Assembly: GCF_004010195.1 (NCBI RefSeq) | Contig: NW_025214405.1 | Location: forward strand, 1-43,024 | Direction: 5' to 3' | DNA from: Chiloscyllium plagiosum | Lineage: Eukaryota | Length of the DNA stretch: 43,024 nucleotides | Part shown: positions 22,836-35,245 of the stretch, piece after piece | Layout: the number at the start of each line of letters is the position of its first letter | Numbering within the stretch: position 1 is the first letter of the stretch | Program-made: the position numbers and the translations under genes | The notes under the pieces: generated by a model | Database searches by the model: none | Seen by the model: the letters and a program-made list of their open reading frames with translations, nothing else | Told to the model about the DNA's origin: nothing

Positions 22836-23468
22836 TTAGAGTCATAGAGATGGACCGCATGGAAACAGACCCTTCGGTCCAACGTTCACGCCGACCAAGA
22901 TATCCCAACCCTGCATCCGGCCCATATCCCTCCAAACCCTTCCTATTCATTTACCCATCCAAATGCCTTTTAAATGTTGCAATTGTACTAGCCTCCACCA
23001 CTTCCTCTGGCAGCTCATTCCATACATGTACCAACCTCTGCGAGAAGAAGTTGTCCCTTAGGTCTCCTTTATATCTTTCCCCTCTCACCCTAAACCTATG
23101 CCCTCCAGTTCTGGACTCCCCTACCCCAGGGAAAAGACTTTGTCTATTTATCCTATCCATGCCCCTCATAATTTTGTAAACCTCTATAAGGTCACCCCTC
23201 AGCCTCTGACGCTCCAGGGAAAATGGTCCCAGCCTGTTCAGCCTCTCCCTATATTTCAGGTCCTCCAACCCTGGCAACATCCTTGTAAACCTTTTCTGAA
23301 CCCTTTCAAGTTTCACAACATCTTTCCAATAGGAAGGAGACCAGAATTGCATGCAATATTCCAACAGTGACCTAACCAATGTCCTGTACAGCTGCAACAT
23401 GACCTCCCAGCTCCTGTACTCAATATTCTGACCAATAAAGGAAAGCTTACAAAACGCCTTCTTCACTA
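22836..23468 (-). mobile_element. CR1/HER1 LINE 3' fragment
   Basis: 171-aa RT C-terminal ORF (LLEYCMQFWSP...RGDLIEVYKI...WNELPEEVV) plus tail. Confidence 0.95.
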
Positions 23469-26400
23469 TTAAAGTTGTTGAATCTGAAAGCAGAATTATG
23501 AACCTCTAGAAATTAAGAGTTCTGATTGTTAAATATCATTAGTATGTATTTCTGCATGATATAGACTTATAAATGAAATCACTTGCTTGAATTATTCTGT
23601 GCCTACTGTTTACATCATTCTTTGAATTTGTCCTGTCTTTTATAGAACTGTATCCATGTGTATCTAATAGATACAGTAGCAGAATCAAATTAGTATCATT
23701 TTTATCTATTATGTAATACAATGGCTATGATAACTAAACTCAAGTACTTTGTAGTACAATGCAAATTGTGTTTCAACACACGACCTGAAACATTTTATTC
23801 AATTTGCAGAACATTTGGTGCGCCCTGGAGAAGGCTGACCTGAATAGTTTTGTTTGAGGATAATTGTTGAATACAGCGCATGTACAGGCACATTAAAAAC
23901 ATGCATCCATTTTTTTCATTTTCTGTTTGTGAGGGAGAAGTTACACAATACAGGGATCACCACTCTGTTTTTATTAAAAACTCTAATGACTGGACACTTG
24001 TTGCCAACAAAGGAAATTAAAAAGTTATTGATTTGATACAGTAACAGAAATCTTAGGGAAACACATAATTAATTAAACACCTAGAAATCGCTGGAAGAAT
24101 GCTTCTCCCAGCAAATGCTATGGGACTAGACACTATAGATTAACCCCCACCCCATTTATGATTGGGCTATACCTCTATCAGATTCAGAATGGTTAAAGAC
24201 ACAGTAACATTACCAGTGAATGTCATCTCCAATGGTCTATGTTTTAAACAATCCATTTGGAAGATGAAGATGCGTTGAATTGAAATAAAATTCAATATAG
24301 AAAGGAAAAGGAGGAAAAATAGAAAGAAATTGATTTTTATTTAAGTTAAAATGTCTCTGAACAATTTACTTTGAGAATTGACTCCTCATTTTACTGTTCT
24401 CTTTTCTAAAGAAAGTCTAAAGATTAGCTGTATATGAGGTTATTCAGTTTTCTTAAACAAAAGACCTCTGATTTGAACAATTCATGTAAAAAACAATTTA
24501 ATGAAACAGTTAAAATGATAATTCATGATTTATTATTGCTATTTGGAAATCTTTGGTCTAAAATAGAAGAGCTATGTATATATTTTAAGTTTGATTTGTA
24601 TTTCTGTATATGTTAAGACGAGACATAGTTTTATCTCATTTTAGATTAGTGTCTGAAATTTTGTTTACATACATATGAGATCCTGAAAACCCTTGAGGTG
24701 AATAGCTCAGTGCATTAGAAACCAGGATAGAAGAGGGGAAAAATCTGTAGCTGCCTACCAACAGAGGTCTATAATTACAGAAATTGCTAATCTAAAAGAA
24801 AAGGTAATGCAAAAAGTTGTTCGTTTAGCAGCCTCCAAAACATTCAGGGCTTGGAGAAAAATTCCTGAGTGACGATAGAAGAAAAATATCTAGAAAATCA
24901 GCCAGTCTGTGACTTTGGACACTAGATAGTGGAGATGGAAGTGCTTGGCTGGTGAGAAGATTGACCCAAAAGTTGGTGGAAGGTGAATATTTGGAAAATT
25001 TATATGTTTTCATCTAAAGTGTTTAGAAGTTAATCTTAAAAACTTCAGAAACTATTTGAGGCCATTGTAACTGAACAAGGAGATTTAAAGTGAAGATGCG
25101 GTGAACCACTGAGGTTTGAGTCTTTGTAAAATTATTTTTCAATATAAAAGGGTTATGTTTTTACTTCCACGTTTTGTAGCAGGACTATTTGTTGAATAAT
25201 ATGTTTTCATTTTCGTTTTATATAATAAGCTTTTTTACTTTTAGTAAAAGTACATTGGCAGTCTCTTTTCAATATATTCAGTGGCTGACTGCCATGGTAA
25301 ACAAAAAGAAAAAATAAAACTCATGGTCCAATCTAACTTTCCAGTGTTACCATCAGCTGGGATCGTAACATGGTGGGGATCCTCATGGTGAGGTACTGAC
25401 TTGTTTGGTGTGTCTTTCTTTTCTCAAAAAAAATTGCAACAACTTTCACATAATACGAATGGTGAATGCCACAAGCGTACGAGTATTTTCTGACTAATAT
25501 TTGGTTAGAGAGGCAAATTCATGAAGTTATCTATGTATGAGGATTGCTATGAACCTTTAGAAACTGTAATCAAATTTCTGGGACCACACTTGTTTGAAGT
25601 TTTCTCTGGCACATTGATATTCCAAATAACATTTAAGTTAATACAGTTTAAGCAAAATTATTTCAAGTTTGCATTAATTGGATAAAATGTGGGTGTGCTC
25701 GCTAGTTAAAACTGTCAAACAATTTTCCTGATTTTAACAGATAAGGTGAGGTATTTTCTCACTAGTTAGAGCCAGAAGAAATGTATGCCATACTTATTTG
25801 TATTTGGTTTTCAAATTCTGTCATTCCTTGGAAGTCAATTGTTCTAAACTCATTCTTTGTATTCTGACTTGAATTATAATATTACACTGATCATATAATA
25901 GGTTTTTGCCATCAGATGCATATGTACATGTGAAATATGTATGTATCTACTTACCAAATATGGGATTGGACATTAATTGTTTCCCATACAATTTCACTTG
26001 TCTGTTGATACCATAGTCATTTTGCTGATGTGTAGATGATTCATTATTTAGTCTGTTATATTTTGTGATGGTGACTAAGAAGTTAGGGAAAATCTTTCTT
26101 GTCATGCTATTTGAGCTATAGCATCCTTGTAGAAAATGAATACTGGGAATTAGTTACACATTAGGTGTTTGATCAGTAGTGATATGGTGTGGATGGATTT
26201 CAACAGGGTCATGTTCATTGACATGCAAAGTAGGTGAGTTAGAAAGATATCAGAGTCTCTGACCCGATTTTGTTTAACCTTGTGGAGACACATAACTTCA
26301 ATTCTGAAGTTGGAGAGTTTTTTTTGTAATATCTGTTAAGCAGGGATAGAAAGGCAATGTGGATAACTATAAATCAATATGTTTAAACATTTGTGAACAC

Positions 26401-26611
26401 ATTTTTAATTCAAAATGATATTAATAAATTTTAGAAGTGTATATGTTGTCAAAGGCTGTGATGGTTGACCTGTTGTTAAAAATGAGTCGAATTTAACTAA
26501 CATAATTTCTGAAGAAGTGACAGATTGAATAGATAAGTGGGATTTAATACATGTAATACAGATGGATTTTCAAAGCTGGCACACACTTTCAGGAGTTTGA
26601 TATAATGAAAG

Positions 26612-27430
26612 TAACAATGTTCTAATTTATATACCGCCTTTTATCACAGAAAACCATTACCAGTTGCAACAGAGGTATACTTGGACAAAAATATTTGTTG
26701 ATGTAAGGGAAGAAAAGGACAGCTGCCTAATATCTTGGTCAAAGAAGGGACTTGGAGGAGCTGAAACAGATGGATTTGGATGGAATACACCCAGGGTACT
26801 GAGTCTTAGACTCACCTGAAGCTTAGCTACTAATGGTGGAGCAAAAGTAGCAAGGCATGGATAAAGAACTAAGTCAATCATTATAGGGAGAAAGAGGCAG
26901 GTTTCTGAAGGGATAGAAAGTGAAAATCATGCAACTTTTAAATTTTGAAGCTTGGGGATGACAGCACAGGCAGCAATGATCTTAAGACTGATAGGTGAAC
27001 AGGTTTGTGGTAGCATGAAACTTATGGAGGATGAAGAAAATGAGAATCACCATGTTGCCATTCATGAGCCACATCAGAATGTTATTATCCAAAGTAAGAT
27101 CATTTTCATGGGAACTCAACATTTTGGAGCAAAATATGTCAAATGTGGTGATTATAAGCTTGTGCTAGTCGTAGCATTTGGGGAGAGCAGCAAAGGAAGA
27201 AGCTTGATAATATTAGCTACTACCTAGTGAGAAGTTCAATGTGATTAAAGGTAAAGTAACTTGACTTGATGCTCATAAGGAAGTTGTGCATGTGGCTTTG
27301 TGGCTCCTTTTTAGAGAATATGTGGAGTGATCAAATAGCTGTCACCGTATACAAGTGAGATTCAAACCTTAAACAGTGCCAGGTGAATACAAAGGTGGAG
27401 AAGAGAGAAATTGAGGCAGAGGCTGAGGGA
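26612..27430 (-). mobile_element. Ancient L2-like LINE 3' relic (second relic at ~29565-30360)
   Basis: tttatataccgcctttt tail, cttggtcaaaga, purine-rich reverse-strand pattern typical of L2 3' ends; recognised by eye. Confidence 0.5.
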
Positions 27431-28092
27431 GAGGCAAAGTATCTAAACAGGGAAACAAATTTAAAATTTTTAGATTGGTTGAACAAAGATCAATTCTGGT
27501 AAGCATATGTTATTTGGAAGAGAGAAGTGATTGGAGTAGCATACCAAAGGTACAGATGCTTGGTTCGTTGTTGATCTTGAGAAATGTAAATTTTGGGTTC
27601 TCCACCTGAAGTAAAAATTGGTAAAATAAGGAAGTGATTTTAAGAAAAGTTTTATATTTACCAAAATTATGCAGAGTTCTGTTTTGAAAAAAAAGTACTG
27701 ACTTCTCTGGTCATCCTTCATCTTTCTTTCCAAACTCTGTTGCGCTAGTGCTCTCTCTCTCTTCCCCCCCCCCCCCCCCCTCCAAAGGGAATGAGAAGAC
27801 TTGTAATAAAGTTATTTGCATTGATGATGGTTGAAATATAAAATGCAACATGGTTGAGATAGAGATTGTCCCCTCTCTTTTGTGGAAATTTGATAAATAT
27901 TTCAAGTTGAGAGAGATAAAAGGCAATGGGGAAATAGTCAGTGAGATTAAATTTGGGTTACTCTGGGAGTTTAAAATGCAACACAAGAATGCAGAACAAT
28001 ATGGCCTCATACAGTGGGTTTCAAAGTATTTGATGCTGTTTCTGACTGTGTGCCACATGGTTATGTAAATGCAGTAATTGCTACAATATGTT

Positions 28093-28849
28093 GTGGTTCT
28101 GTTCACCGAGCTGGGAATTTGTGTTGCAGACGTTTCGTCCCCTGTCTAGGTGACATCCTCAGTGCTTGGGAGCTTCCTGTGAAGCGCTTCTGTAATCTTT
28201 CCTCCGGCATTTGTAGTGGTTTGAATCTGCCGCTTCCGGTTGTCAGTTCCAGCTATCCGTTGCAGTGGTCGGTATATTGAGCCCAGGTCGATGTGCTTAT
28301 TGATTGAATCTGTGGATGAGTGCCATACCTCTAGGAATTCCCTGGCTGTTCTCTGTTTGGCTTGTCCTATAATAGTAGTGTTGTCCCAGTCAAATTCATG
28401 TTGCTTGTCATCTGCGTGTGTGGCTACTAAGGAGAGCTGGTCGTGTTGTTTCGTGGCTAGTTGGTGTTCATGGATGCGGATCGTTAGCTGTCTTCCTGTT
28501 TGTCCTATGTAGTGTTTTGTGCAGTCCTTGTATGGGATTTTGTAGGACAAGCCAAACAGAGAACAGCCAGGGAATTCCTAGAGGCCTGGCACTCATCCAC
28601 AGATTCAATCAATAAGCACATCGACCTGGACCCAATATACCGACCACTGCAACGGACAGCTGGAACTGACAACTGGAAGCGGCAGATTCAAACCACTATA
28701 AATGCCGGAGGAAAAATCACAGAAGCGCTTCACAGGAGGCTCCCAAGCACTGAGGATGTCACCTAGACAGGGGAAGAAACGTCTGCAGCACAAATTCCCA
28801 GCTCGGCGAACAGAACCACAACAACGAGCAACAAATCTCACAAACTTTG
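28093..28849. mobile_element. Penelope-like element (GIY-YIG 3' region) with inverted duplicated end
   Basis: Minus-strand ORF YKIPYKDCTKHYIGQTGRQLTIRIHEH...AREFLE (GIY-YIG). Inverted arms of ~280 bp at 28089-28369 and 28543-28823. 16-bp TSD attgctacaatatgtt at 28077-28092 and 28850-28865. Confidence 0.92.
28126..28165 (-). ncRNA. Minimal type I hammerhead ribozyme motif (Penelope family C)
   Basis: Minus strand GCA-CUGAGGA-U-GUCACCU-AGAC-AGGGGAC-GAAA-CGUC-UGC: core boxes, stem II, palindromic ACGU helix III, 3-bp stem I. The + strand copy at 28747-28786 has a C>A change at the base of stem II. Confidence 0.75.
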
Positions 28850-29334
28850 ATTGCTACAATATGTTACACCTCCCAAGAGAATTCAGATAATTTTGAATCA
28901 TCTAAAGAGCACTGAACATGTTTCCCACTAAGTTTTACAATTATATCCTTTTTTAAAATTCTGTTTCGTCTGCAAGATATTTCAGATTTTGTCTTACATC
29001 TTAAGGCATTCCACTTTGAATTATTTGCTTTTACACAGCTTACTGGACCAACATTTTCATTTAGGACAATTTCATTGAATTTTGGATCAGAAATCCAGCT
29101 GACATTGAAATATAGGAACTAAGTAAGTTAGTTTAATAACTTACTGGCTGCAGCTTTAAATCTAATGACATTCCCTTTATTGATTTTTTTTTTAAACATT
29201 AATTTTTCAGTATCAAACTGGGATGCCCATAACTTGACTAAATGGCAGATAGTTTATTATCAAGAACTATTCATCGTTTTATCTGTCACTAATTGGGAAT
29301 AAATAGTTTCTGCAACAAATGCTTTTATGTTGAG

Positions 29335-29494
29335 ATATCTCCACCCTTCAAGCTCTCTGCCTTTATCCCTGATGAAGGGCTTTTGCCTGAAACGTTGATT
29401 TTACTGCTCCTCGGATGCTGCCTGAACTGCTGTGCTCTTCCAGCACCACTAATCCAGAATCTGGTTTCCAGCATCTGCAGCCATTGTTTTTACC
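29335..29494 (+). mobile_element. Penelope family A terminal repeat with hammerhead motif (29369-29396)
   Basis: cctgatgaagggcttttgcctgaaacgttgattttactgctcc...gcatctgcagccattgtttttacc; near-identical to the 8.6-kb copy. Confidence 0.85.
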
Positions 29495-30384
29495 TATTAC
29501 ACTGACAACCCGGTTCAAATTTTAATAATTTATTCATGCTCTACTTTGAAATCATAAGCAATGGCAATAATAATTTACCATCTAGCACTTCTAACATAAC
29601 ATTTCTGGGTGCTTCAGAGAAGTATAATGAGTTAAAAAAAATGTGTCAACCATAGAAATATTGCAAATGATGACCTGAAACTTGCAAAAAGTAGAGCTTT
29701 AGCAAGCATTTCTTAGGAAGAGCAGGAAGATGAAGAGAGAAAAAATCTAAAAGATGGAATCCTAGAACATTATATCTTTATTATTGAAAGAATGTCTATT
29801 GAATTTGGGATGAATTGGGAAACACTGCACAGACAGTCAGAGACATAAATATGTAAGTGTTGCTGGTACGAGGAGAGGTTAGAGAGATAGTTAAGGGTAA
29901 GGTATTGAGTGATTTGAACACTTGAACGTAAAATTGAAATTACAGTATTTGGGGGTGGCAATCAGTGAACAGGACTTGGTAGCTAAAGGACATAGCTACT
30001 CAACTTTTGATGGTAAGTGGAGATTAAAAGAATAGGGAAGACTAACAGGAAATGCACTAAAATACTTGAGTCCAAAGGTGTCAGTGGCGTGAAGGAGAGC
30101 TTCAACAGAGATTAAATTAGGAATAAAGGAAGGCAATGTTAAAGGTAGTAGTAGATAATTTTTGTTCAGGAGTTTGAGGTTAAAATGTATTCAGGACCAC
30201 ATATGTTGCGGAGTCTGTGGATAGTCTCTTAGTCTAAGGCATGGTTTGCAAAATGAACTGAATCAGTGGCAAGGGTTAGGAACCTTGTAGTAGGAGCAGA
30301 GGATGCCATGGTCTTTCTGTTGTTCAACTAGAAGATGTTTATCACATCCCATGGTGACATCGAAGTAGTTTCTTTTTGTTTTAT

Positions 30385-30780
30385 GAGATGAGGACTTCGG
30401 TTGCTAGATTAACATTTATTGCACATATTTGATTGTTCTGGTGAAGATGGTGAGTTGCTGCCTTGAACTATTGCTGTCACTGGAGTGTAGGGACACCCAG
30501 AGTGCTGTTAAGAAAAGGGCTTCAGGAGTTTGAGCCAGTGTAAGTGAAGGGATAACAATATGGTTCTAAGTCAAGATGGTGTGGGACTTGGTGGTGGTGT
30601 TCCCATGCATCTGCTGCCTTTATCGTTCTAGGTGGTAGATATTGTAGGTTGAAAGATGCTGGCAAGTAGCCCTGGTGAGTTAGTGTAGTTTATTTTGTAG
30701 AAGGTACACACTGCTAAAACTGCATATCAGCGGTGAAGTTGGTGAATGGGATGCTAATCAAACAGGCTCCCTTGTCCTTT
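30385..30780 (-). mobile_element. 3' end of the older CR1-clade LINE family (related pieces at 35395-35615 + and 38030-38440 +)
   Basis: gtggtggtgttcccatgcatctgctgcctt..gttctaggtggtaga is the reverse complement of 18310-18360-like sequence. Confidence 0.7.
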
Positions 30781-31479
30781 TCTTCTATTAGAATAGGCTA
30801 TGGATTCAAGAAGTAAATTTGGGTTGCATCAGATGCCAATGTTATTCACTTAACACAGTTATTAATGAGGCTTACTGGTTCATGATTAAGAATGGAGATT
30901 TTTGTGTCTCTTTCCACAGCAAAGGAGCATTGTAACCATTTATTATCAGTCTGTTGCCATGGCTAGGAGTTTCCTTGTTTAGATCTGTACTCCATTACAT
31001 AAGTTATCTACTTTTTATTTAAGCTAACAGTTATGCAGCAATAAAACAGATTTTGTTGAATTTATATGTATTTCTAACACTATTTTCAATGTAAAAGCTT
31101 AGGTTTTAGGATTTGCACATCATATAGTTGTTTTAAAAAAAAGTATGTTTTGTAAGATTGCAATTTTATTATTTCAGGCTATTAATGCACTTTAACTTTC
31201 TGTTGTTTTACATGGTATTTCAGCAGGGTGTAATCAAATCAAATGGCAGATCTGTAGTGGCTACTATGTTTATGTTGATGGAAGAAACAACCATATTTTG
31301 TGTGCCTATTTCAACATGGAGTTTTAGATTAATGTCAGCCTTCTGAATTCACAATTGCATGTCGTAGTTATAGGCATGATCATACAGCATCCATTTTGGT
31401 ACTTGGTTAATTTAATTGAAATGTTCAAGTTGAATGAGTAAATGAGATTGAGGAGGAATTTTCTTTTAATACATTATAG

Positions 31480-31617
31480 ATGCATTGGAAGAGTATGTCA
31501 CTGTCCCGCTGTTGGTTGCTGCTCTGTCTCCTTCTTGCTGCTGAAACTGTACCAATCGATAAGATAAAGGTGACCAAAGTAGAAGAACCAGAAGTGCAGG
31601 CAACAGTTGAAAGTCCA
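31480..31617 (+). CDS. NUCB2: Nucleobindin-2 (nesfatin-1 precursor), first coding exon: signal peptide plus start of nesfatin-1
   Basis: Acceptor ttttcttttaatacattatAG is immediately followed by ATG. The 138 nt are open: MHWKSMSLSRCWLLLCLLLAAETVPIDKIKVTKVEEPEVQATVESP, then a phase-0 donor GTAAGT (31618-31623). This resembles the human NUCB2 N-terminus (MRWRTILLQYCFLLITCLLTALEA-VPIDIDKTKV...KIEPP, followed by DTGLYY). NUCB1 is less likely given MxW and VPID..K.KV. Confidence 0.88.
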
Positions 31618-31794
31618 GTAAGTATTCCAATTGCAAGTAAAACAATTTATATATAGAATCATTTGAGATTCAGAAGTACCAGTATTGGAAATAATGGTCT
31701 TAGGTTTGTATACTTTTGAGAGATGTATAAACACAACAGTGAATGAACAAATAATTAATTATCGCTCAGTTATGCAAGGCTTTATTCCCTTATT

Positions 31795-32945
31795 CATTGT
31801 CAACAGCACAGAAAAAGGCCCTTAGGAATGTTGTGTCTGCACCAGTCAAATAAATCGCCTGACTATTCAAATCTCATTTTCCAGCACTTGGCCCATAGCC
31901 TTATATGCCTTTGCATCACAAGTGTACATCTAAATACCACCTAAGTGTTATGATGTTTTCTGCCTCTACCATCTTTAAAGCAGAGAGTTCCAGATACCCA
32001 CCACTCTTGTGTGAAAAAAATGTCTTTACATCTGGTCTAAGCCTACTGTCCTTTATCGTAAATCTATTGCCTGGTAATTGATCCCTCCAAAGGTTTCTTC
32101 TTGTCCACCTTATCTAGCCCCTCAATTTCATACATCACAGTCATGTCTCATCAATCTCCTCTGCTCCTCAGAAAGCAACCACAGTCTGTCCAATCTTTCT
32201 TCATAACTGAAACTCTCCAGTCTAAGTAACATGCTGGTAAATCTCCTCTGCACTGTCCACTGCAATCATATCCCACTTACGTGGATTCCAGAGCTATGCA
32301 TAATCCAGCTGAAGCCTAATTGCCACTTTGTACAATTCCAGCATAATCACCCTGCTCTTAAACTCTTTGCCTCAGTTAACAAAGGCAAGCACATCTTATA
32401 CCTTCTTAATCATTTTATTCACTTTTCCTGATACCTTAAGGAACTCATGTACATGCACAATAAAGGTGCCTCTGATCCTCAGTGCATCACTTCACCTTTA
32501 TCCAGGTTGAATTCCATTTGCCTATGTGACCAGCTGGTGTATATCCTTTGTAATCTAAGGCTATCCTCCTGTCTATTTAGTACTCCACCAATTTTTGTAT
32601 CATTGACAAGCACATTAATCAACTATCCTACATTCACGTCTAAATAATTTTAGATAAATCACAAGCAGGCCCTGACATTGACCCCGTGGGATCCCACTGG
32701 ACACAGATATCCAGTCAGAAAAACATCTCTCAATCATCATCCTCTGCTTCCTGCCTCTCAGCCAAATGTAGATCTGATTCACAAAATTTTCTTAGGTCCC
32801 ATGGGTTCTTAACTTATCTGCCAGATTTTCATGCAGGACATTATCAAAAGCCTTGCAGAAGTCCAAGTAGATTTCATTGCCCTCGTCCACACATCTCTTC
32901 AGAAACAGTCAATCAAGTTGGCCAGACATGACCACCTTCTCCATA
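31795..32945 (-). mobile_element. Decayed CR1 LINE
   Basis: Reverse-strand RT remnants (gggatcccactgg, tcaaaagccttgcagaagtcca) and 3'UTR. Confidence 0.8.
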
Positions 32946-33141
32946 TAGCAATCTTCATTTTGTGGAAGTTAATGGTGTTAACCAAGAACAAGAACCAAGA
33001 TTAGCTGTGAACAGTATATCTGTTCTTGAAGGAGTAAAATAATTTTGGCGATTTAAGTAAATACCATTTACAAGAGAACAAAATTTATGCAATGTGTGCT
33101 TATATGTCCCTGTTCCATGTAGTAGGAAGCAATGGTTACTT

Positions 33142-33454
33142 TTAGATTAGATTACTTTACAGTGTGGAAACAGGCCCTTCGGCCCAACAAGTCCACACCG
33201 ACCCGCTGAAGCGCAAACCACCCATACCCCTACATTTACCCCTTAGCTAACACTACGGACAATTTAGCATGGCCAATTCACCTGACCTGCACATCTTTGG
33301 ACTGTGGGAGGAAACCGGAGCACCCGGAGGAAACCCATGCAGACACGGGGAGAATGTGCAAACTCCACACAGTCGGTCGCCTGAGGCGGGAATTGAACCC
33401 GGGTCTCTGGCGCTGTGAGGCAGCAGTGCTAACCACTGTGCCACCGTGCCGCCC
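33142..33454 (-). mobile_element. HE1-type SINE
   Basis: Full-length reverse copy with ttagattagatt tail. Confidence 0.92.
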
Positions 33455-34469
33455 ATAATTACTGATTAAACTCATCCTGAGGCATAATGAGCAATGTTTC
33501 CTGCCACTTGATGATATGTACCTACATTGGGTGGCAAAGGATTTACCGGACATAATGCAGTCTCAAATGACTAGATATTTTGAACCTTAAGCTGAGTGCT
33601 TCCTTTAAGTGAATAAATGGATTTCAGTGTAAAGATCAGCAAATTTACTAGGGAGCACTAGTACTAGTCTGCAAAAGGCATTTCCACATCCAAATTTTTT
33701 TTGACTGCAGGTAAAGTCTTGCTCTCGGAGCCGCGCGTTCTAAATTCTGAAATTTCTCTTGATGTCTAAGTAATAAATTATTTCCTTATGCTTGTGGTTT
33801 TGCCTCTGAAAAGGTAGAAGAGAAGTTCAAGTATGTTATCAATTTCTTTTGAACCATGTGTCACTTTAGAATTAAAATGAGAAGGGAGGGTCCAGCACTT
33901 TTTTTTTTAAAAACAGTTGCTCAACTGAACATAGCTTACACAATTGTGCTTTTCTATCATATAGCATATTATCATACTTAGGCTTTTGACTGAGCGAATG
34001 ATACAGATAATGGCAAATATTTGCTTTATGGTTTGGAACATCTGCCCTGCTCTTAGAAGTAATTGTGTTTTGTTGTTGGCAGTTGCATGAATCCATTGAC
34101 AATATTAATTTGAAACAAAATGTACTAATTATCCCAGTGGTGCCAACTGCTATTGGTAATTTTACTTTGTGTGTTGGAATCAGATGATACCAAGTGTTCT
34201 GAAGGAAATTATCACATTTTTTTTGATGACTGTCTCATCATAGGCACATATGAAGAAGGCCTGAACATGCAAATTGTAAATATATCTGGCTGAGGCCAGT
34301 AGTTTTCAAATGGTTTTGGTTGTATAAATCTCATTCAGTTGGTTTAATAATCATGGATCCCTCCCTTGTAATACTTTCTAGTACCAATTGATAAAAGTGC
34401 TGCATGTAGATCTTTAAAAAATATTTTGAACGAGTTTTAAATGAGTGCTTAGTCCATTTTTCTCACTGA

Positions 34470-35245
34470 TCTCTAATGCCCTTTATTTAAAAGGGAATGG
34501 AATATAAAATTAAGGAGGTTTTGTTGAAACTATACAATAGGAGAAAGTGAGGTCTGTAGATGCTGGAGATCAGAGCTGAAAATGTGTTGCTGGAAAAGCG
34601 CAGCAGGTCAGGCAGCATCCAGGGAACAGGAGAATCAACGTTTCGGGCATAAGCCCTTCTTCAGGATTCCTGAAACTATACAATACTCTAGTTACACCAC
34701 TCTTAGAATACAGTTAACAGTTTTCATCCCCTGATCTAAGAAAAGACCCATTAGCATTTCAGGAGCCCAGAGAAGGTCCACAAGGTTGATTATCTGGTAC
34801 GGAGGATCTTATGAGGTGAGATTGAGCAGGTTGGTCTCGTACTTATTAAAATTTCAAAGAATGACAGATGACTCTATTGAAACACTTGTGAGATTCTTAG
34901 ACAACTTGACAGGGAAGATGTGGATAGATTGTTTCCCCTTGTTGGTGAAGCCAAAGCCAGAGCCAGAGCAAATGGGTTGCCCATTTCCAACAGATGAGGA
35001 GGAATGTTTTTCTGAGGGGAGTGAATCAGTTGAAATCTTTCCTGCAGAGGGCTGTCGAAGTGGGGCTCATTCAAGGTTACTGAAGGCTGAGATAGATAGA
35101 TTTTAAATTAATAAGGGAATCCAGGGTTATGGGGATAAGGCAGAAAAGTGGAGGTGAGGATGATCAGATCAGCTGTGGTCTCATTGAATGGCAGAGCAGA
35201 GCTGGGCTGTATGGCCTACTTCTACTCCCGTATCTCAGTCTTATG
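34470..35245 (+). mobile_element. Decayed CR1 3' fragment
   Basis: aaactatacaatactctagttacaccactcttagaatac (LY..LV...LEY), aaggctgagatagataga, ggcctacttctactcc 3'UTR. Confidence 0.8.
34540..34670 (-). mobile_element. Short Penelope family A-like insertion in CR1, with hammerhead motif (34637-34664)
   Basis: Perfect 15-bp TSD tgaaactatacaata at 34525-34539 and 34671-34685. Minus strand CUGAAGA-A-GGGC-UUAU-GCCC-GAAA-CGUU. Confidence 0.88.

Noticed and set aside
25741..25750. Micro-exon ttttaacag|ATAAG|gtgagg
   Set aside because: Such motifs arise by chance, and there is no supporting evidence from sequence alone.
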